Shown one piece after another: positions 57,342 through 64,000 of a stretch of DNA of 64,000 bases. The stretch's first letter is position 1. Each line of letters opens with the position of its first letter. The notes under the pieces are model-generated. The model worked only from the letters and a program-made list of their open reading frames with translations. It was not told where the DNA came from and did not search any database. The translations under genes were made by a program, and so were the position numbers. Location of the stretch: positions 3,342-67,341 of the forward strand of contig CAVXBV010000010.1 of NCBI GenBank assembly GCA_963760125.1, in the 5' to 3' direction. This DNA is from an uncultured Actinomycetota bacterium. GTDB lineage: Bacteria; Actinomycetota; Actinomycetes; Mycobacteriales; SCTD01.

Positions 57342-57847
57342 GGATCCGCACGGCACTCCCCCTTGGGGTGCTCCTCCTGGCCGCCGGTTGTCAGGGCGCC
57401 ACCCGGGCGGTCCCCACCGCTGCGGAGAGGCCAGCGACGCGCTCGGCCGTCCTCACGAGTTGTCCCCTGCCGGTCTCGTCGGGGGTCCCTGGCGACCTGC
57501 CGCTCGTCGACCGCGAGGTGCTGAACCTCGGCGGTGGCCTGCTGGGACACCGCGTGGTGTTCCAGCGGACCACCGCTCGGCGCGTCGTGCTGTCCGTCGG
57601 CGTCGAGGCGCTGGACGCCTTCGAGGACCTGGACATGGACGCCCGAGACCGGACCGTCGGCGGTCGCCGTGCCACGGTGTCCACCACGCTGTTCCAGCCC
57701 AGGCTGACCGTCGTGGAGCTCACGACCGGGACCGAGGACCTGCCCGATCGCTGCGCGCCGCTGTTCGCCGTCACGGAGAGCCTCACCGCCCTCGAGCTCG
57801 ACCAGGTGATCGCCGGGCTGTCGTTCGCTCCCGAACCCGCCGGCTGA
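57338..57847 (+). CDS. Hypothetical lipoprotein
   Basis: Lipobox LLAAGC; coupled to the upstream gene. Confidence 0.65.
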   Translation: MRIRTALPLGVLLLAAGCQGATRAVPTAAERPATRSAVLTSCPLPVSSGVPGDLPLVDREVLNLGGGLLGHRVVFQRTTARRVVLSVGVEALDAFEDLDMDARDRTVGGRRATVSTTLFQPRLTVVELTTGTEDLPDRCAPLFAVTESLTALELDQVIAGLSFAPEPAG

Positions 57848-57905
57848 CGAGACGTCGCGAACCCTCCCGCCTCGGCCGTGGGGACGGGCCGGGCTCGCAC
57901 ACGAC

Positions 57906-57939
57906 GGAGCGCCCGTCCTCCCCCGAGGACGGGCGCTCC
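57906..57939. terminator. Hairpin between convergent genes
   Basis: GGAGCGCCCGTCCTC-cccc-GAGGACGGGCGCTCC, a perfect 15-bp stem. Confidence 0.8.
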
Positions 57940-57956
57940 TCCTTCGCGTGGCTCTC

Positions 57957-60386
57957 TCAGTCGACGCCGGCGGTGACCTCGGCCGGGCGCTGTGCGGGCG
58001 TCTCGTCGAGGAAGGCCTGCAGCCGCCGGACGGAGTCGGCGTCGGCCGCGGCGCGCTCTGCCCGTGGGCTGTCCAGCAGGGTGCGAATGTCCTGCGCCCA
58101 GCTGAAGCTGTCGCTGGTGACGCGACGTGCGGCGATCCCGGCTACGGCGGTGCGCAGGATCTCGACCTCCCGGTCTCGCAGTTGCTGGTAGTCGGCATCG
58201 CCGAAGACGAGCGCAGGAGCGAAGTAGCGGAAGGGCGGGAAGCCGTACGCGTCGTCGGTGTTCTCGATGAGCTCCTGCAGCAGCCCGTCCTCGGAGATGG
58301 GCTCGACGCCTGGCGTGCCCCGCTCGATGACGAACAGGTCCGTCACCTCGACGCGGTCGACCACCTGGCAGGGCACCAGTCGACGCACGTCGAACTTCGG
58401 CGGCGGGATGACCATCTGCGTCAGGGCGTTCGTCCCCATGATCGGCAGGTTGTGCTCGGCGAGGAAGGTGCCGAATGCCCTGCCCTCCTTGCTGTGCAGC
58501 CGGCTCTGGACCCGCAGGCGGCGCCACTCCGCGGGCGAGAGGTCGTTGATCCCCAAGGCCCGCAAGGTGTGTTGGGAGATGGTCAGCGGCTTCGGGAAGC
58601 ACCGCGCCGTCCCGTCCTGCTCCAGCACGGTCATGTCGTCCGAGAGGAAGCGTGCGCCGTGGGAGCGCAGCATCGTCAGCACCGTCCCGGTCTTGCCGGT
58701 GTCGGTGCGGGCGGACAGCAGCAGACCTCGTCCGCCGAGCTCCAGGCAGGCGCTGTGCAGCAGCATCCGGCCTCGGCTCACCGCTTGGAAGCGGAGCAGC
58801 GCCTCGATGACGTTGGTGTAGAGGACGTGCGGTGACCGGGCGAGCAGCGGCCCGGCTGTGACCTCGATCGGGTCGCCGAGCTCGACGCGGAAGTTGGCAC
58901 CGAGCCGCCCGAGGTGCTCCTCGTACGCCACGCCCGCTGGTCCGACGTGCTGCGTCATGCGCGCCCGGCGCCGCGGGCTGCCGCCGACGGCGCCGACCCG
59001 GATCCGGATGTCGACCTCGCGACCCAGGGTGCCGTCGCGGAACCACTCCAGCTCCTTGAGCGGGATCTCTGAACCCACCGTGGCGATCCCGGGGATGGCG
59101 TAGCGGTGGGGCAGGTGGATGGGCTCGCGCGTGAGCCGCTGCCGGGACGACAGGTCGAGGACGACGTCCACCGGCTCCCGCTTCTGGCTCGGAGCGGTCA
59201 GTCGATCGGTCGTCAGGGTCGTCGTCATGGTGATGGTTCCCCCAGAGGTCGTGGACGGGTAGATGAGGCGGTCAGTGACGGTGAAGCGACCGGCGAAGCC
59301 GACGAGCAGCGTCAGGAAGGTCGCGGCGAGGTAGCCGACGCCCAGGCCGTCGACCAGCAGTGCCAGCAGCGGCAGACGCAGCAGGAGGACGGCGTTGTTC
59401 AGCAGTCCCGAGCGCACCAGCCGCCGGGCCCGGCCGGCGCGAGGGGCCCGGTCGGCGAAGACGAGGTGCTCGGTCAGCAGGGAGTTCCAGAGGGACGAGA
59501 CCTGGGTCGCAACGGCGGCGGCCGCCAGGTAGTGCAGGTCGGCACCGCTCACGAGCACGGCCACCGTCCCGAGGTTCACCGCGATGCCCGACGCGCCGAC
59601 TGAAGCGAAGGCCAGGGCACGGGCCCGAGGTGTCGACGCGCGGAGCCGCACCAGGGAGCGGAGGAAGCGCACGCCCTCGCGCCAGGAGGCCTTGCTGTCG
59701 CCGCTGTGCCGGTCGGCGAAGGCGAAGGGGACCTCCGTGACGCGGAGGGGCCCGCTGCGCACGAGCAGCTCGAGCAGGATCTTGAACCCGTCCGGCCGCA
59801 GCTGTCCGACGGCGTCCCGTCGTACGGCGAAGAAGCCGCTCATGGGGTCGGTGGTCGCGTGCAGCCGGCGAGGGAACGCCGCTTTGGCCAGGGACGTGGC
59901 GAGGCCGCTCACGGCGTAGCGCTGCCAGCCCGCCAGTCCGGCGCTGCTGCCGTTGCCGACGTGGCGGCTGGCGACCACGACGTCGTACCCCGGGGTGGCG
60001 TCGAGCAGCGACGCGACGGTCTCCGGCGGGTGCTGCAGGTCCCCGTCCATCACGATGACCCACGGGGCGTCGCTCGCGGTCAGGCCGGCGAGAACCGCCC
60101 CTCCCAGCCCACCGTCGCGGTGGCCAGGAGCCCGGTGCAGCAGACGGACCGGCAACGAAGCCGGAGCGTGTGCTGCAGCGTGCACGACGGCGTCGCAGGT
60201 GCCGTCGTCGCTGTCGTCGACGAAGAGCACCTCCGCGTGGCGGCCGTGCAGCGCTGGGGTGAGTCGGTCGAGCAGGGGAGCGACGTTGCCGGCCTCGTTG
60301 CGGGTGGGCACCAGGACGGTGACCTGCGCGGCGGGGCGGGCGGGGCCAGCAGAGCCAACCATCTCGTGCTGCTGTCGTTGGTGCAT
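57957..60386 (-). CDS. Fusion of a GT2 polyprenol-phosphate glycosyltransferase (DPM1-like), a GtrA domain and an HPr-kinase-like P-loop domain
   Basis: VPTRNE, VDDSDDG, MDGDLQHPP, DPMSGFF and GFKILLE; 4-TM GtrA; LHSAC, SARTDTGKT and FLSDD. Confidence 0.82.
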   Translation of the reverse strand: MHQRQQHEMVGSAGPARPAAQVTVLVPTRNEAGNVAPLLDRLTPALHGRHAEVLFVDDSDDGTCDAVVHAAAHAPASLPVRLLHRAPGHRDGGLGGAVLAGLTASDAPWVIVMDGDLQHPPETVASLLDATPGYDVVVASRHVGNGSSAGLAGWQRYAVSGLATSLAKAAFPRRLHATTDPMSGFFAVRRDAVGQLRPDGFKILLELLVRSGPLRVTEVPFAFADRHSGDSKASWREGVRFLRSLVRLRASTPRARALAFASVGASGIAVNLGTVAVLVSGADLHYLAAAAVATQVSSLWNSLLTEHLVFADRAPRAGRARRLVRSGLLNNAVLLLRLPLLALLVDGLGVGYLAATFLTLLVGFAGRFTVTDRLIYPSTTSGGTITMTTTLTTDRLTAPSQKREPVDVVLDLSSRQRLTREPIHLPHRYAIPGIATVGSEIPLKELEWFRDGTLGREVDIRIRVGAVGGSPRRRARMTQHVGPAGVAYEEHLGRLGANFRVELGDPIEVTAGPLLARSPHVLYTNVIEALLRFQAVSRGRMLLHSACLELGGRGLLLSARTDTGKTGTVLTMLRSHGARFLSDDMTVLEQDGTARCFPKPLTISQHTLRALGINDLSPAEWRRLRVQSRLHSKEGRAFGTFLAEHNLPIMGTNALTQMVIPPPKFDVRRLVPCQVVDRVEVTDLFVIERGTPGVEPISEDGLLQELIENTDDAYGFPPFRYFAPALVFGDADYQQLRDREVEILRTAVAGIAARRVTSDSFSWAQDIRTLLDSPRAERAAADADSVRRLQAFLDETPAQRPAEVTAGVD

Positions 60387-60597
60387 GTGCTGCAGGTTGC
60401 GTCGCGCCGGCGCTGTGCGGACCGCGCCGACGGCGCACCTCCCGGGGACCGTCTGCGGGGGAGGGGCTGGTGCCGTCGTACTAGCGGGGCTACGTCAGGG
60501 TGCGTGGAACGGACCTCCGGGGGGCCGGCGGGTGCCCTGGCGACCCGGCCCAGACCGCGATCGGACAGAATGGTCTCACCGAGACTGTGGAGGACGC

Positions 60598-61881
<1,284 letters not shown>

Positions 61882-61922
61882 AGCTCGCGCTCCCTGACCT
61901 CCGGACGCAGCAGGCTGTGCGG

Positions 61923-62324
61923 ATGACGCCTGCCGGGCGACGCGTCGACGTGGTCGGCGCCGCCCTGGTGCGCGACGGACGCGTGCTCGCCTCACGGAGA
62001 ACCGGACCGTTGCATCTCGCCGGGCTGTGGGAGTTCGCCGGCGGCAAGGTCGAGCCGGGGGAGACCGACGTCCAGGCGCTGGTGCGCGAGCTCGACGAGG
62101 AGCTGGGCTGTCGAGCGGTCGTGGGGGAGCGCATCGGGCCGGACCTGCTGATCGGCGAGACCGCGGTCCTGCGGGTGTACCTGGCCACGCTGGTCGCGGG
62201 AGAGCCCGCGCTGCGCGACCACGACGCGCACCGTTGGCTGACTGCAGGTGAGCTCGACGACGTGCCCTGGGTGCCGGTCGACGCCCCGGTCATCGAGGCC
62301 CTCAGGGCGCTGTTGGCTCCGTGA
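61923..62324 (+). CDS. NUDIX hydrolase (MutT-like)
   Basis: WEFAGGKVEPGETDVQALVRELDEELG Nudix box. Confidence 0.9.
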   Translation: MTPAGRRVDVVGAALVRDGRVLASRRTGPLHLAGLWEFAGGKVEPGETDVQALVRELDEELGCRAVVGERIGPDLLIGETAVLRVYLATLVAGEPALRDHDAHRWLTAGELDDVPWVPVDAPVIEALRALLAP

Positions 62325-62832
62325 CGTCCGCGACCTGCGCCGCCAGGGAGCGCAGGAGGTCTTCGGTCTGCAGCAGGGCTGTCACGCCGTCAGCCCCCGC
62401 GCCAATGCTCACCTCGCCGCTGACGGAGGCATCCACGACGACCGGCCAGGCGGTCGTGGCGCCGTACGGCGTGATCGTGCCCTTGCGGTAGCCGGTGCGC
62501 GTGAACGCGTCTTCCGCATCGGGCAGGGACAGGCGCGAGACACCGAGCAGGGCCCGGAGCTTCGGCCAGCTGATTCGCCGGCCACCGGGGACGAGGACGA
62601 ACAGGTAGTCGTCGTCCCCCCGGCGGACGACCAGCGACTTCAGGACCGACGAGACCGGCAGGCCGCGCAGCGCCGCGGCCTCTTCCAACGACGACACCGG
62701 CCCGTGCCGCACCACGCGGTGGGGCAGGCCGGCGAGTGCCGCCAGCGCCCGCTGCTCCTCCTCCGACGTGCCGGGGGACGTGCCGGGGGACGTGCCTGGG
62801 GATGTGCCACGGGGCGTGCCAGGGGGCTCCAT
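62302..62832 (-). CDS. YbaK/EbsC family aminoacyl-tRNA deacylase
   Basis: VLKSLVV and TGYRKGTITPYG motifs. Confidence 0.85.
   Translation of the reverse strand: MEPPGTPRGTSPGTSPGTSPGTSEEEQRALAALAGLPHRVVRHGPVSSLEEAAALRGLPVSSVLKSLVVRRGDDDYLFVLVPGGRRISWPKLRALLGVSRLSLPDAEDAFTRTGYRKGTITPYGATTAWPVVVDASVSGEVSIGAGADGVTALLQTEDLLRSLAAQVADVTEPTAP
62765..62824. repeat. Five imperfect 12-bp tandem repeats (GACGTGCCGGGG)
   Basis: Read directly; encodes (PGTS)n at the YbaK N-terminus. Confidence 0.8.
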
Positions 62833-62891
62833 CGCTCGAGCGTGGCACGCCGGTGCGCGTCCGCCAGGTGGCGGACCAGTACTTTCCGGGC

Positions 62892-64000
62892 ATGCGGCTC
62901 CGTCAGGTCCTCGCGCCTCCAGCGATGCGCCACGCCCAGCTGGCCTCGCTCGCCGCGTGGACCTCCGAAGGAGCGTTCCTCACCGGGATCGCGGTGTACG
63001 CCTACGACCAGGGCGGGGCCGCCGAGGTCGGCGTCGTCGGCTTCCTGCGGCTCCTGCCGGCAGCTCTCGTGCTTCCGCTGGTTGCGCTGGTTGCCGACCG
63101 GGTGCCGCGCCAGCGCCTGCTCGAGTGGGTGTCGCTGGTGCGCGCGGCCGCCCTGACGGCGGCGGCCGGAGCCATCGCCCTCGCGGCGCCGGCGCCGCTG
63201 GTCTACGCCGGCGTCGTGGTTGCCAGCCTGGCCTTCACCGCGTTCCGCCCGGCCCACGGGGCGCTGGTCCCCTCGCTGTGCACCACGCCCGCCGAGCTCG
63301 CCGGCGCGAACGCCGTACGAACCCTGTGTGACGGGTTCGGTGCCCTCGCCGGGCCGCTGGCCGCGAGCGCGGTGCTCGCGCTGGGCTCGCCGGCCTGGGC
63401 GTTCGCCCTCACCGCCGCCCTGGCCCTATGGGCAGCCGTCGAGATGGGGGGGGTCCGCTTCGAGGCTCCCCCGCTGCCCGCGCACGTCCCGGTGGCGTTG
63501 CGCGAGGACCTGCTCGCCGGGCTGCGCGCGCTGTTCGCCGACCGGCGGGTCCGGCTGCTCGTCGGGCTGGGTGCGGCGCAGGCGGCCGTGCGGGGCGCCC
63601 TGAATGTCCTGCTGGTGCTGGTCGCGGTTGACCTGCTGGGCACCGACGGCAGCGGAGTGGGGCTGCTCTGGGCCGCCTTCGGGTTGGGCGCCCTGGTGGG
63701 AGCGGCCGGTACCTTCCGGCTGGCCGGCAGCGGTGGGCTGGCCCTCGCGTTCGGGTGCGGCATCGCCCTGTGGGGCGGGCCGCTGCTCTTGCTCGGCGGC
63801 TCCCGGAACTGGCTGCTGAGTGGGCTCCTGCTGGCGGTCGTCGGAGCCGGGAATGCCCTCGTCGACGTCACGGCCTTCACCCTGCTGCAGCGCCTGGTCC
63901 CCGATGGGGTGCTCGGCCGGGTGCTCGGGGCCGCGGAGATGCTGTGGACGCTCACGATGGCCCTGGTGTCGCTGCTCGTCCCGGTGCTGGTCCACCTGGT
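62892..64000 (+). CDS. MFS transporter, partial (runs off the right edge)
   Basis: Manual translation MRLRQVLAPPAMRHAQLASLAAWTSEGAF...LVADRVPRQR... with multiple TM segments. Confidence 0.8.
   Translation, partial: MRLRQVLAPPAMRHAQLASLAAWTSEGAFLTGIAVYAYDQGGAAEVGVVGFLRLLPAALVLPLVALVADRVPRQRLLEWVSLVRAAALTAAAGAIALAAPAPLVYAGVVVASLAFTAFRPAHGALVPSLCTTPAELAGANAVRTLCDGFGALAGPLAASAVLALGSPAWAFALTAALALWAAVEMGGVRFEAPPLPAHVPVALREDLLAGLRALFADRRVRLLVGLGAAQAAVRGALNVLLVLVAVDLLGTDGSGVGLLWAAFGLGALVGAAGTFRLAGSGGLALAFGCGIALWGGPLLLLGGSRNWLLSGLLLAVVGAGNALVDVTAFTLLQRLVPDGVLGRVLGAAEMLWTLTMALVSLLVPVLVHL

Overview
High-GC, Actinomycetota-like bacterial DNA that is densely coding. No rRNA, tRNA, CRISPR array or transposase was recognised. 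The window has four parts. (1) 1-1210: a partial DUF222/HNH endonuclease gene. (2) About 1335-41056: a ~40 kb catabolic island whose main promoters share a 13-bp palindrome, GGAAC-N3-GTTCC. By motif recognition it encodes homologues of several plant chlorophyll-breakdown enzymes: two clear and one divergent red-chlorophyll-catabolite-reductase (RCCR)-like proteins, two NOL/NYC1 (chlorophyll b reductase)-like SDRs, two chlorophyllase-like alpha/beta hydrolases and a Rieske oxygenase. It also encodes an unusual fused ABC/MFS importer, a tandem lipocalin-like protein, flavin monooxygenases, and a possible lower pathway (C-N hydrolase, two maleate-isomerase/AMDase-like proteins, CoA-transferase, ICL-family lyase, CitE-like lyase, ALDHs). 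My main hypothesis, which is inference, is a bacterial pathway for scavenging and degrading chlorophyll or other tetrapyrroles. (3) About 42547-60386: a cell-surface glycan/secreted-protein locus with a divergent pair of atypical LuxR regulators, a GT39, a GH99-like enzyme, a phosphoesterase, a large PHP-Fn3-Ig protein and a GT2-GtrA-P-loop kinase fusion. (4) Housekeeping genes: gltA, a NUDIX hydrolase, YbaK and a partial MFS gene. Several genes carry indels that look like sequencing errors. All family assignments come from reading motifs by eye; no database search was run.
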